A DNA stretch of 64,000 nt from Squalus acanthias (lineage: Eukaryota), in NCBI GenBank assembly GCA_030390025.1, contig CM059450.1, positions 930,001 through 994,000 of the forward strand, read 5' to 3'. This document shows, one piece after another, positions 24,031-36,261 of this stretch. Under the pieces are notes generated by a model that ran no database searches, was not told the DNA's origin, and saw only the letters and a list, made by a program, of their open reading frames with translations. The position numbers were made by a program, and so were the translations under genes. The number at the start of each line of letters is the position of its first letter. Position 1 is the first letter of the stretch.

Positions 24031-25258
24031 AAGGGAGGGGGGGTGAGGAAAGTGGGGGGGGTGAGGAAAGTGGGGGGGGGGTGAGGAAAGGGGGGGGGGT
24101 GAGGAAAGGGGGGGGGGGGGGNNNNNNNNNNNNNNNNNNNNNNNNNNNNNNNNNNNNNNNNNNNNNNNNNNNNNNNNNNNNNNNNNNNNNNNNNNNNNNN
24201 NNNNNNNNNNNNNNNNNNNNNNNNNNNNNNNNNNNNNNNNNNNNNNNNNNNNNNNNNNNNNNNNNNNNNNNNNNNNNNNNNNNNNNNNNNNNNNNNNNNN
24301 NNNNNNNNNNNNNNNNNNNNNNNNNNNNNNNNNNNNNNNNNNNNNNNNNNNNNNNNNNNNNNNNNNNNNNNNNNNNNNNNNNNNNNNNNNNNNNNNNNNN
24401 NNNNNNNNNNNNNNNNNNNNNNNNNNNNNNNNNNNNNNNNNNNNNNNNNNNNNNNNNNNNNNNNNNNNNNNNNNNNNNNNNNNNNNNNNNNNNNNNNNNN
24501 NNNNNNNNNNNNNNNNNNNNNNNNNNNNNNNNNNNNNNNNNNNNNNNNNNNNNNNNNNNNNNNNNNNNNNNNNNNNNNNNNNNNNNNNNNNNNNNNNNNN
24601 NNNNNNNNNNNNNNNNNNNNNGGGGGGATAGGAAAGGGAGGGAGGGGGGATAGGAAAGGGAGGGAGGGGGGATAGGAAAGGGAGGGAGGGGGGAGAGGAA
24701 AGGGAGGGAGGGGGGAGAGGAAAGGGAGGGAGGGGGGAGAGGAAAGGGAGGGAGGGGGGAGAGGAAGGGAGGGAGGGGGGAGAGGAAAGGGAGGGAGGGA
24801 GGGGAGAGGAAAGGGAGGGAGGGAGAGGAAAGGGAGGGAGGGGGGATAGGAAAGGGAGGGAGGGGGGATAGGAAAGGGAGGGAGGGGGGATAGGAAAGGG
24901 AGGGAGGGGGGATAGGAAAGGGAGGGAGGGGGGAGAGGAAAGGGAGGGAGGGGGGAGAGGAAAGGGAGGGAGGGGGGGGGAGAGGAAAGGGAGGGAGGGA
25001 GGGGGGGGAGAGGAAAGGGAGGGAGGGGGGAGGAGGAAAGGGAGGGAGGGGGAGGAGGAAAGGGAGGGAGGGGGAGGAGGAAAGGGAGGGAGGGGGAGGA
25101 GGAAAGGGAGGGAGGGGGAGGAAATGGAGGGAGGGGGGTGAGGAAAGGGAGGGGGAGGAAAGGGAGGGAGGGGGGGGGAAAGGGGGGGAGGAAAGGGAGG
25201 GGGGTGGGGTGAGGAAAGGGGGTGAGGGGTGAGGAAAGGGGGGGAGGGGAGGTGATGG
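24024..25258. repeat. Polypurine G/A minisatellite (~20-nt unit ggaaagggagggagggggga(g/t)a) with an assembly gap
   Basis: Directly visible tandem units on both sides of a 500-N run (24122-24621). Confidence 0.95.
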
Positions 25259-26351
25259 GATGGAGTGGGAGATTGTGGCGGCTCGGACACGCCTTCAAAT
25301 TGGTGTTGAGTGTTAGCGAGCGCCCTGCCCTGCCCATGGCCATGGACTGTTTCAGTATCTGAGGAATTGCAAATGGAGCTGAACACCGCAATCGTCAGTG
25401 AACGTCCCCACCTCTCGAAGATAGTTGGGCCTAGGGCACTGCAGTTGAGGATAGCCTTTCATCAAAAGTTGTTGGTTTTTCACATCAATGGGCAGCCTGC
25501 TTCAGGCTAGATTCAACCATCAATCTGTGCAGCTGTTGCAGGATGTCAGCAGCAGGGTGCGATGTGTACTCTGGATATAGGTGCTCAGTAAATACCCCAG
25601 GGATTGGCAACAAAGCCTGGCTACATTCCTCACAGCCAGCAGAAGATGATTCGCAGAGTTGTATTGCAGCTACACAGTGATTTTTACACTAATCCTTATG
25701 CTGAACATATTAAGTAATTTAGGGTAGACCTTTATATACTGAGTTACTATTGCTCATGTGTATATATGTCCCAGACACTGCTCTAAATCTGACAAGTTAT
25801 TTTATCTTCTGTTACTTATGATGAAAATACTCTTCATGTGAATTTTTTATTAGAGTTCCTTCGCCAAGTTTCCTTGTTGTCCCTCCTCCCATCAAGCACT
25901 GCCTTATTGCTAACCAACTGGATATGTGGACTACCCAATCCAAAAGATAAATGCAATTTTTTTTAACACAGTAATTACTAGTAATTGACGGGTTCTCGAC
26001 ACACTCTTCTGATTTGATCCTTAGGAAACTCTGGGTGGAAAAAATCCTGTTTGTTAAGCATAGCATTTATGGGTAAGTGCCTGCTATGTGATCATGCTTT
26101 TGAGGATCTTCTAAAAAGGTTCCAATGAAGTAAATGGGCTAAACATATGTGTGGATGAGTGTAGATGGTCCTCCTTCAGCTAACGGGTTATTGGGGGATC
26201 CGGATGGAACAATAAGTAAATGCATGCTCTTTTACCTCTGAAAACTGGTTATTGGGAATGTGCATCTAAGAAATTGAAAATGTGTATTTTTGGCTCGAGT
26301 CTCTTAATGTTCCATGGGCACTAGTGACTGATTTATTTGACATTTATTTAG

Positions 26352-26441
26352 GTATGCAGCAGCATCTCTTATGATGGCTTCGTTGCTGCACCGTGAAAGT
26401 CGAACAGGTGGCAATTTCAGCAGCAGTAACAAGAAAACGAG
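26352..26441 (+). CDS. Sacsin-like gene, candidate 5' coding exon (ATG ATG at 26371)
   Basis: Acceptor catttatttag| and donor ag|gtacgg. MMASLLHRESRTGGNFSSSNKKT+AG ends in phase 2 and joins in frame to the G starting exon 29221. No homology support. Confidence 0.55.
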
Positions 26442-27417
26442 GTACGGTGCAGGAAGGGCCCAGGGATGTGTCAAAGCAGCAACTATGTTGAGAGGGTGGC
26501 TCATGTATTTCTCTGTGACGCACATCATTTGTTCAACAGAAATCAGACTAACTAATCTGACCAATGTTCAGTGCCAAGTATGGAACAGTAAGCGGTTGTT
26601 GTCTAAAAGACCTCAACAAGTCTCTGCACCTAGTCAAGCTTCTGATATTTTAGAAACTTTGGCCTAGATTTCTTTACACAGCCCCCTGTCACAAATAACC
26701 TCTATAAATAGCAACAAGTTCTGATCAGATCTTCAGCAGGACTAGTTAGATACCCAATGCATACTTTTCTTTAAATATTGTACATTAGAACATAAGAAAA
26801 TTCAAGGATGAAAGGAAGTTGTTTGGCCCATTAAAGTTTATTCTGCTGGCGCTCTACCCTTCCGATTTTAACATCCAGTTGCATTCTCAACGTCTCTGCT
26901 GTTTTTAACTCTGCTAGTCAGCCTGGCAGATAATTCCGCACACTTATTTGTTCAGCGAAGTTCTTCCGAATATCTGTTTTAAATTTAGTTTTCACTAATT
27001 TAAATTTATGTCCCCTGGTCCCACTTCCCTACTCGGTGGTCTTTCTGATACTGCTCTTTCTTGAGTTCTGTTTCTGCCGATTTTTCTTGGCTCTACTTGT
27101 TTTTTTCCCTTTTCCATTTCTTCTTATGCACAAACCTGGACTGAGCAGGGTCAAGAAAGGTGCTTTAGAAAATGAGAATAATCAAGGTTGAACCTGGGCC
27201 ATGTCAAGTCATGCTTGTGAAGGAGCTCTTCTGTATAGTCTCAGTGATTTCCCTATTCCATGGTTCAAAAAATATATTTTTTTGGATGAATAAATCATTG
27301 TCTGCTCATGGGAGGTTGGTTCAGGCGATCTTGCATGCCAGGTTTGGTCTGGTGACCATATATTATATACCTTTTGGACTAAGCAGGCTGTGGACCACAG
27401 TGGCATCCAGAGACAAA

Positions 27418-29130
27418 GGCCGTGATTTCCCCTACTGTGACGGGCGATGTTGGTGGTGGGTCCCGGCCTCGATGCCGGCTTCAGCCTGCTGTCCGAAGTG
27501 ATTTTCCTTTGATTGGGCTTGTTAAGCCTGCCCAGCACATTTCCTGGCCAATTGAAGGAAGCAGGTCTGATGTCATCATTTGATGACGTGTCATCAGCCA
27601 GTTTCCTTAAAGGGACCATCTGCAAATTTAGTTTGACAATTGTGCTGTCAGTGTTCTACAGCATTGAGGTGCTACAAACGCTGACAAGCACTGCACAGAG
27701 GTGCATGGCTGCACCCAGGCTCTCCCATGACTCCCTCCAGATGCTTATGGAGGGAGTTAAGCACACAGGGAGGTTTTCTTCCCTTCCAATGGGCGGAAGA
27801 GACCTTCCCAGGAGACCAACGCAGCCTGATTGCACATTGCACAGGAGGACACAAGCAGAGATGTCGTCGGGAGGACCAAGCTGCAGTGGCGCAAACCTTT
27901 CAATGATCTCAGTAGATCACGAAACGTTACTGCAAAGCCACACTCAACCTCATCCTCCTGTACCACTCATCACATCCCCATCACTCTGCCTTCCCTACTC
28001 TACTGCACATCCTTACTCACACCAACTTACCTTGCACCTCCATCCATCCCTCTCTATCTACATTATCACTTCCCCATCTCACTAGCTACCCCTCACACTC
28101 ACCCTCATCCTAGTCCAATCATACTAACTAACAACACACAAGGGTAGGCACTTGGGTGTTTTATGCAATGCTCATGTAAAGTTTCTGTTAATGTGGTGTC
28201 AAACATTGAAACCTTTATTTTCAACACTTTGCATTCTTGGACAGATCTGTGTGCACCTTTGGAAGTGGCTTAGTGAGTTGCAGTGAATGGTGAGACATAA
28301 CGGTAACCCCTGCAATGATCATGAATGTGAAAGGAATGGCTTGGGCATTGTAGGGATGCTTTATGGTGTGGGGTGGTACCAGCCAGGGTGTACAGCGTCA
28401 AGTGAAGTAAATCTGGCCATGATGAGGCCATCCCTGGCCTCCCGGGCAGTAATGTGGTTGGGTGCTGATGCCCTCTGTCCTGTGCAGCAACAGTTGATTG
28501 TGGAGAAGGTTGGTGGTGTTGTTGGTGCTGATCATGGTAGGATTCTGAGGACCAAGGTGAGATAGTTTCAAGGGCACCGATGCTGATGTACTAGATGGCA
28601 GGTGAACTTGAGATGACAAAAATGATCTGTCAATGGTGAGAGAGGTTGTTCCAATGAAGTGACACTGGATAGAGAGTTTACTCCAAACACTTGCAACCTG
28701 CATAAAGCTCAATCTGTCTTCCAAATGCAGTAAGTAACAGCTTTTGTGCTTGGAAAGTGAACAGCTGTGAGATGGGAGCTTTTATAGCACATTTGCAGCT
28801 GTCAAGTAATGAGATGATTCCATGGCCATACAACTCCCGACCTGCTTACCTGACGTGATCCCCGAGCAGCGTGGACCCCGTGGGCGACCTCGTAAAATGT
28901 AAAGGTGAGCTCAAAATACTTCTTAATGGGCTGTAAACAAGGTCATAATGACCTGATTTGCCTCCCCCGCCACTGCGCATCAGGTCTGTTCAGCACTGAT
29001 AGACCTGACATCTGGGAAAGGCACGTGGCGGCGGGTTGACAGCGGGGTCCTGACCCGCTGTTTAAAACATTTTTTTTCCCCACCAACCCGCCACTGAATG
29101 TGCCTGCTGACCCCCTGAAAAATTCCCCCC
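27418..29130. mobile_element. Degenerate non-autonomous Harbinger derivative with Myb/SANT remnant
   Basis: Remnant MAAPRLSHDSLQMLMEGVK...IAQE...RTKLQWRKPFNDL (~27705-27910), similar to the other Myb exons. Right subterminal hairpin acagcggggtcctgacccgctgt. Flanked by aaa/aaa; TIR match is weak. Confidence 0.65.
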
Positions 29131-29220
29131 AAAGAAAATAATTCGGTACAGCAATAACAATGATACAATGTTAACATAAAAATTAAAGTTCAATTCACAG
29201 ATTATTTTTGATTTATATAG

Positions 29221-29308
29221 GAAGAAATTTGGTGCAACTGCTCCACCATTTATTGACTACCTGAAAGAAATACTGCGCCGATACCCTGATGGTGGCCAGA
29301 TTCTTAAG
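29221..29308 (+). CDS. Sacsin-like gene exon (start of sacsin repeat 1, HATPase-like)
   Basis: atatag|g [29 protein letters not shown]|gtaaat; matches the recalled sacsin [27 protein letters not shown]. Confidence 0.93.
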
Positions 29309-29537
29309 GTAAATGCTCTGCATGGTATATTACTGAACAGAACAAAATGTTACTTATTCAGTTGGGATCATTCCCTTGATATCATTTTTGTTAAATGTCC
29401 CTGTAGTGTCATTGCCATTACGATTATCAGACATTGTAAATTAATTGGAGACAATTGACTTGAGCGACATTGAAGGGATGGGACTGCTACACCATGCAGT
29501 GAGTGTTAACGGTGTTCTCTCATTTCTTTCTCCACAG

Positions 29538-29649
29538 GAGCTGATTCAAAATGCAGATGACGCTGAAGCCAATGAGGTGGTGTTTATATTTGATGAACGA
29601 ACTTACGGGACTACAACTGTGTTTATGAAGGATCTTAAAAAGTTTCAAG
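29538..29649 (+). CDS. Sacsin-like gene exon (112 nt)
   Basis: tccacag|ELIQNADDAEANEVVFIFDERTYGTTTVFMKDLKKFQ g|gtatgt. Bergerat-fold ExxxNxxDA motif; phases 0/1 fit the neighbouring exons. Confidence 0.95.
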
Positions 29650-29792
29650 GTATGTGAGTTCGGGAAGTAAAGCTGATGAAAGACAACAAAGATTATAAAG
29701 GGGATTTAGAACTTCAGGTTTGTTTTTCTCAAGGTAACTGATAAGCTCCAAAACAAATTATGATTAAAAGATACAGTGCTACCCACTATTTC

Positions 29793-31180
29793 ATAGGATT
29801 ACATAGGATATACGGCACAGAAACAAGTCATTCGGCCCAACCAGTCCATGCCGGCGTTTATGCTCCACTCGAGCCTCCTCCTGTCTTTCCTCATCTAAAT
29901 CTATCAGCGTAACCCTCTATTACCTTCTCCCTTGCTTGTCTAGCCTCCCCTTAAATGCATCTATACTATTCGCGTCAACCACTCCCTGTGGTAGCGAGTT
30001 CCACATTCTCAGCACTCTTTGGGTAAAGAAGTTTCTTCTGAATTCCCTATTGGATTTCTTGGTGACTATCTTATATTGATGGCCTCTAGTTATGCTCTTC
30101 CCCACAAGTGGAAACATTGGGCAGAATTTTCATTGACCCATGGAGGCGGGTTTGGAGGCGTGTGGGGGGTTAAAATAGCAGATTCGGGGGATCCCGAACC
30201 CATCCCGCCCCCAACCCGCCTCCATGCCAGTTTCACAGAAGGTGGGTACCCGACCTGTGCTGGGACCCGCCTCCCCGAGGCGGGAAGGAGATTAGTGCCA
30301 ATAAACTGCCTGTTAACAGGTAGTTAACAGGCAGTTTTTTGCCTAATCCCTATTTTTAGCCCTGAAGTGTGGGCTTCCCGACAGGTCCGAACCACGCCGA
30401 TTTAGCGAGGCGGACCGTCGGTCTGGAGGGCTTGGAGGGGTCGAGATGTCCGGTGTGCAGGTGAGTGATGGGTGCATGAGTGCAGAGGTAAGTGTGTTTG
30501 GTGTGTGTAAAGTGTTTTAAGAACTTGTACTTACCTTAACTTTGTCCTGCAGGCTTCCTTCCTTCAGTTCTCGGGAGTCCCTCAGCTCACCGGCACAGAA
30601 AGCAGAATGGCCGCGGAGCTGTCAAAAGCTGCAGTCTCTGCTTTCTGTGCTGGATTGATTTCTAACTGAGTCTAAGTACAGGGACTCACGTTAGAAATCA
30701 TATTGTCAGTGTTTGATAGCTTCACACCCGCTGGGCGGGCTTAACAAGGTCAATCAAGGGAAAATACAGTGGGTTGGCCACAAGTCGATGGAGGCGGGAC
30801 TACAACCCAAAAAGTGGGAGTCCCGCCTCCATCACGTCCCCATTGACAAAATCCAGCCCATTCTCTCTGTATCCCTTCTATCAAAACCTTTCATAATTTT
30901 AAAGACCTCTATTTGGTCACCCCTCAGCCTTTTTTCAAGAGAAAAGAGACCCAGCCTGTTCATCCTTTGCTGATATGTATACCCTCGCATTTCTGGTATC
31001 ATCCTTGTAAATCTTCTCTGCACCCTCTCCAGTGCCTCTATATCCTTTTTATAATATGGCGACCAGAACTGTACGCAGTACTCCAAGTGTGGTCTAACCA
31101 AGGTTCGATACAGGTTTAGCATAACTTCCCTACTTTTCAATTCTATCCCGCTAGAAATAAACCCTAGTGCTTGGTTTGCT
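29793..31180 (-). mobile_element. CR1 3' fragment interrupted by a MITE
   Basis: ORFs 30832..31140 (LVRPHLEYCVQFWSP) and 29920..30117 rejoin once 30119-30862 is removed. Confidence 0.85.
30119..30859. mobile_element. Harbinger-type MITE, 741 bp, 3-bp TSD ATT
   Basis: Termini gggcagaatttt / aaaatccagccc; att at 30116-30118 and 30860-30862. The empty site ggaaacattctgtctgtatcc is present in the sister CR1 at ~16212-16232. The right TIR is identical to that of the element ending at 14711. Confidence 0.9.
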
Positions 31181-32814
31181 GACAGGGGATCTCAGAGACG
31201 TCGTAATCGTGACCATCTTCAAGAAAGGTGACAAGTCCGATTGCGGTAATTACAGAGGAGTCTCCCTACTGTCTGCCACAGGGAAAGTCATCACAAGAAT
31301 CCTCCTCAATCGCCTTCTCCCAGTGGCTGAAGAGCTCCTCCCAGAGTCGCACTGCGGATTCTGCCCACTAAGGGGCACAATGGACATGATCTTCACCGCG
31401 CGTCAACTACAAGAGAAATGCAGGGAACAGCACCAACCGCTGTACATGGCCTTCTTTGACCTCACAAAGGCCTTCGACACCGTCAACCGTGAGGGAATTA
31501 TGGAGTGTCCTCCTCAAATTCGGCTGCCCTCAAAAGTTTGTCACCATCCTCCGCCTGCTTCATGACAACATGCAAGCTGTGATCCTGACCAACGGATCCA
31601 CCACAGACCCAATTCACGTACGGACTGGGGTCAAGCAAGGCTGTGTCATCGCACCAACGCTCTTCTCGATCTTCCTGGCTGCAATGCTCCATCTCACCCT
31701 CAGTAAGCTCCCCACTGGAGTGGAGCGAAACGACAGAACAAACGGGAAACTGTTCAACCTCCGTCGCCTCCAGTCCAGACCCAAGGTCGTCCCATCCTCT
31801 GTCATCGAATTACAGTATGCAGACGACGCTTGCGTTTGCGCACACTCTGAGGCCGAACTCCAAACCATCGTCAACACTTTCACCGAAGCATACGAGAGCA
31901 TGGGCCTTACACTAAACATCCGTAAGACAAAGGTTCTCTACCAACCTGCCCCCGCCACACAGTACTGCTCCCCAATTATCAAAATCCACGACGAGGCCTT
32001 GGACAACGTGGACCACTTTCCATACCTCGGGAGCCTACTGTCAACAAGGGCAGACGTCGATGACGAAGTCCAACACCGCCTTCACTGTGCCGGTGCAGCC
32101 TTCGGTCGCCTGAGGAAGAGAGTGTTTGAAGACCAGGATCTCAAACCCAGCACCAAGCTCATGGTCTACAGAGCAGTAGTGATACCCGCCCTCCTGTATG
32201 CTTCAGAGTCATGGACCATGTACAGCAGGCACCTCAAAGCACTGGAGAGGTACCACCAACGCTGCCTCCACAAGATCCTGCAAATCCATTGGCAGGATAG
32301 GCGCACCAATGTTCTCGCTCAGGCCAACATCCCCAGCATCAAAGCTTTGACCACGCTCGATCAGCTCCGATGGACGGGCCACATCGTCTGCATGCCCAAT
32401 ACGAGACTCCCAAAACAAGCACTCTACTCGGAGCTCCGACATGGCAAGAGAGCCCCAGGTGGGCAGAGGAAACGCTTCAAGGACACCCTCAAAGCCTCCT
32501 TGATAAAGTGCAACATCCCCACCGACACCTGGAAATCCCTGGCCCAAGACCGCACAAAGTGGAGGAGAAGCATCCAGGAAGGCGCCGAACACCTCGAGTC
32601 TCTTCGCCGGGAGCAAGCAGAAGCCAAGCGCAAACAGTGGAGGGAGCGCACGTCAACCCAAGCACCCCACCCACCCGCCCCTTCAACCACTGTCTGCCCC
32701 ACCTGTGACAGAGACTGTAGGTCCCGCATTGGACTCATCAGTCACCTGAGAACTCATTTTTAGTGTGGAAGCAAGTCATCCTCGGTTCAGAGGGACTGCC
32801 TAAGAAGAAGAAGA
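31181..32814 (+). mobile_element. RTE-clade LINE, 5'-truncated, one frameshift
   Basis: ORFs 31167..31565 and 31456..32763: CGNYRGVSLLS, FFDLTKAFDTV, GVKQGCVIAPTLF, LQYADDA, C-terminal CPTCDRDCRSRIGLISHLRTH. Short 3' UTR and (aag)n tail. Confidence 0.9.
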
Positions 32815-33108
32815 CAAGATTATGACGGGTTTGGATAGGCTAGACGGGGAACGCCTGTTCCCACTAGTTGATGGTACAAGGACTAGGGGACATAGATTTA
32901 AGGTTTTGGGCAAGAGATACAAGGGGGAAGTGATGGAAGCGGACACACTCAATGATTTCAAGGGGAGACTGGATAGGCACTTGAGGGAAATAAACTTGCA
33001 GGGCTACGGGGATAGAGCGGGGGAATGAGACTGACTGGATTGCTCTACAGAGAGCTGGCACGGACACAATGGGCCGAATGGCCTCCTTCTGTGCCGTTAT
33101 GACTCTAA
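32815..33108 (+). mobile_element. CR1 3' end fragment
   Basis: ORF 32822..33028 MTGLDRLDGERLFPLVDGTRTRGHRFKV; tail gggccgaatggcctccttctgtgccgttatgactcta. Confidence 0.75.
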
Positions 33109-33687
33109 GTCGGTAGATTTCTGCTTCCGTCTCTCCTTTTCAGTGTTACTCCAGTTTTCTTCCTGAATTTCTAGGCCCAGTCAATCAGTCACTTGGGGCT
33201 TTGTTTTCTCGCCGCGAAATGCGGCTCTTAATAAGAGGAATGCACTAACTACTCGGGGACTCATGTTGACATCTCACTTACACCCTATCACTCTCTATCC
33301 TGGTATCTCCTCAAATGTAGCTAGAGATGGAAAGTCTACAATCCCAAAAGATAAAGTGACAATAACGCTCTTCATGTTTCTCACCCGCCCTGCTTTGGCA
33401 GATTTACTCTCACTGCAATGTGAAGATAAGGTCCTGCCTTATTAAGTGGTAATAAAATAAGGCGTATAATACTGCTAGGTACTCAAAAAAATTGTTGAAT
33501 TAAATGTGCCAGAGTTTATTTTGACGTCGACATAAATGGTAAGTATAGTATTGATGCACATCTCAGAAAGAAGGGATTAAAGTTCCTTTTCTTTGAGAAG
33601 GGAATCAGTATGTTAAGTGGCTGTTCTCCAAACATCTATGCTCACAGTGTATTCTTTACAACCCCTGCTTTGTTTTTCCTTCTTTAG

Positions 33688-33834
33688 GCCCAGCTCTCAT
33701 AGTGTATAATGATTCTGTGTTTTCGGAAGAGGATTGGCATAGCATTCAAACTACAGGAATCAGTAAAAAGCGAAATGATCCCAGCAAAGTTGGCCAATTT
33801 GGCCTTGGATTCAATACTGTTTATCACATCACAG
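33688..33834 (+). CDS. Sacsin-like gene exon (147 nt)
   Basis: tctttag|(G)[48 protein letters not shown] g|gtgaaa; GxxGxG ATP-lid motif. Confidence 0.95.
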
Positions 33835-34254
33835 GTGAAAGATTTATTTTTCGTATACAAAATAGTATGACATTGTAATACATTATAAAATTCCATTTTA
33901 AATATTTTATTTTTAAAGAGTTAACTATTTGTAGGTGTTACCTGTGCAATACCTGTGAGTACATAACAGCACGAAAAAAGTGCTGTGAAAATTATATTTA
34001 CTTTTGCTAAACCGACAAGCAATAGTGCAAAATAAAACAAAGGTAGCAATAAAACATTACCAGTGCATTATCTTCCAGTGTATTGATCGTGTATGTTCAA
34101 GGTAACCAATTATTTCATAGATAAGTCTGTTGAATCTAAAATCTGTTTACTGTTTATTTTTATTTTTGGAACGTGAAGGTTAAATTGACATCTGTGAGCT
34201 TAGACAGGTGGCATTGTGATCTCTTAAAACTATTTTCAAACTTTTTTTCCATAG

Positions 34255-35728
34255 ATTTACCCAGCATATTCAGTGGGAAATATATTGGTATACTTGACCC
34301 ACAAGAAAAGCTGTTTGGAGAACGGGAAGCAGGGTACATATGGGCTCTTGATGATTCAGAGGACAGGAAAGCTCTTGAACGCTCTAAAGATCAGTTCAGG
34401 CCATTCAGATATGCCATGGAAGCGACTGGGACCGTAACATGGACTAATGCACTGAAAGAGCATTATTTCAAGGGAACATTGTTTAGGTTTCCATTGAGAA
34501 CTGAACCTTCAGAAATATCAGACAGCTTGTATGATAAAGATAAGATTTTTGATCTTTTTGATTCCTTCAGAGCAGATGAAGATATGAGTCTCCTGTTTCT
34601 CAGAAATGTTGCATCAGTCTCTATTAAGCATATTGATACCAGTGGAAATGTAAAAGTTCTTTTACAAATAGCTGCTTTGCAGCCTGAGTATATTCCCTCT
34701 TTTAATCACAACCTCAATGTTGAAAGCCAGGAATTGGCCTCCAATGTTAAAACTTCTACCTGCATCAGAGCTATTTCACATCACGTTGCAACAGAAGAAC
34801 ACCACCACAATCACTGGTTAATAACAAATTGCACAGGCAACACAGGTGAATGGCCTAACTTAGATGATCTGGCTGAGAGGTTGAGTTACACTCCATATGT
34901 TGGACTGGCTTTTCCATTGAGTAAAGCTGAAACTACAGAAGCTGACGCAAGAACAGACTTTGAAGGACGTCTTAGTTTCTTTCTACCACTCCCAAATAAC
35001 GAGTCCAACAAGACTGGATTGCCTGTCCACGTAAATGCCTTCTTTGGACTTTCAGACAACCGAAGACATATCAAGTGGGTTGAATCAGACCAAAGATATG
35101 ATGAAGCAGCCAAGTGGAATGAGCTACTGATAGAGAAAATCCTTCCTTATGCATACTGCCAACTTATCCTGGATGCCATTACTCTGGCTCAAACCTCAGT
35201 GCTAAAACCCTCATCAGTGTATCGTTTATGGCCAGACTATGAGAAAATGAATCATAAAGAGCGTTGGGTTAAGATAACTAAGGAAACCATCAAGCGCTTG
35301 CTGGAACTTAATGTTCTATGCTTGGCTGCCAGTGAAGATAAGTGGATAAGAGCTGACAAAGCCATCTTTTTGCACTGCTATGATCGGCTTGACATAAGAC
35401 AGGCAATTGAGGATGTTTTGATAAAAGAGGCTCAACCTTTGGTTCGAGTCCCAAGTCATGTATTTAAGGCCATAGTATTCACTTTAGAAAATCAAAGTAA
35501 CTTAAATGTGATCACTCCAGCATCTTTACGAATCATTCTTCAGCATTGTGATTTGGACACTATCCCATGTGAGCAAAAGTTAATGCTTCTAGAATATGTT
35601 CTATGCGATGAGCAATACAGTTCCCTCAACAACCTTCAACTACTGCCAGTCACCAATGGATCCTTTGTAAAGTTCCAAATCCGTGCATCTGATGAGCCTG
35701 TATTTACTGACTCAGCAAAATTTCCACG
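34255..35728 (+). CDS. Sacsin-like gene exon (1474 nt)
   Basis: ttccatag|(D)LPSIFSGKYIGILDPQEKLFG...GTLFRFPLR...FFLPLP..TGLPVHVNAFFGLSDNRRHIKW...KFP cg|gtaagc (core of ORF 34173..35732). Confidence 0.95.
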
Positions 35729-36261
35729 GTAAGCCTTTAAAAACAAGAATATAAAATAGCTTCACTCAGTTTTGGCCATATTATTCCAATAGTATTTTTA
35801 AAAAGTGTTTAGCTCAAAACCCTGGTGCCAAGTTTTAAATATGGTAAAATAATCTGCAGTGTTTGTAATGAAGATGTGATTCATCTTCCTGTGCTACTGT
35901 GCCATACAGATTAGGAAGTTCCCATATTTCTTTCCTGATCTTGTTCACTAGTCTCAGCTGGAGTAGTTTTGGGGCAGCTTAAATGGGTTAGAGAGGGGGA
36001 AAAGCAGCCAGAGTCCCTTCTCCTGTTTGTTGTTCAGTGGCTTTCAGTGGAAAATGAACATATGTGAATGTCAACTGAAGGCAGGGTTGAGCTCGGCTGC
36101 GATACTTGCCACCATACATATTCTCTGTGAAGGTTTGCAAGTGAAGAATGGCCCCTTGGGTGAGGTACGAGAAGGCTGCAGTTATCCATCGAAACATGGC
36201 TTTTTGGAGAAAAGGGAAAACATATTGGCTGGGGGAAGAAAAGATGTTTTTCAAAATCAGT

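Noticed and set aside
23863-25391. Long proline-rich ORFs (507 and 487 aa) and the Gly-rich 24081..24653 ORF
   Set aside because: Translations of the G/A minisatellite plus 500 Ns; no coding signal.
34173-34254. N-terminus of ORF 34173..35732 as a real start
   Set aside because: Intronic; sacsin similarity begins at the AG acceptor at 34254. The same applies to ORF 29445..29657 before 29538.
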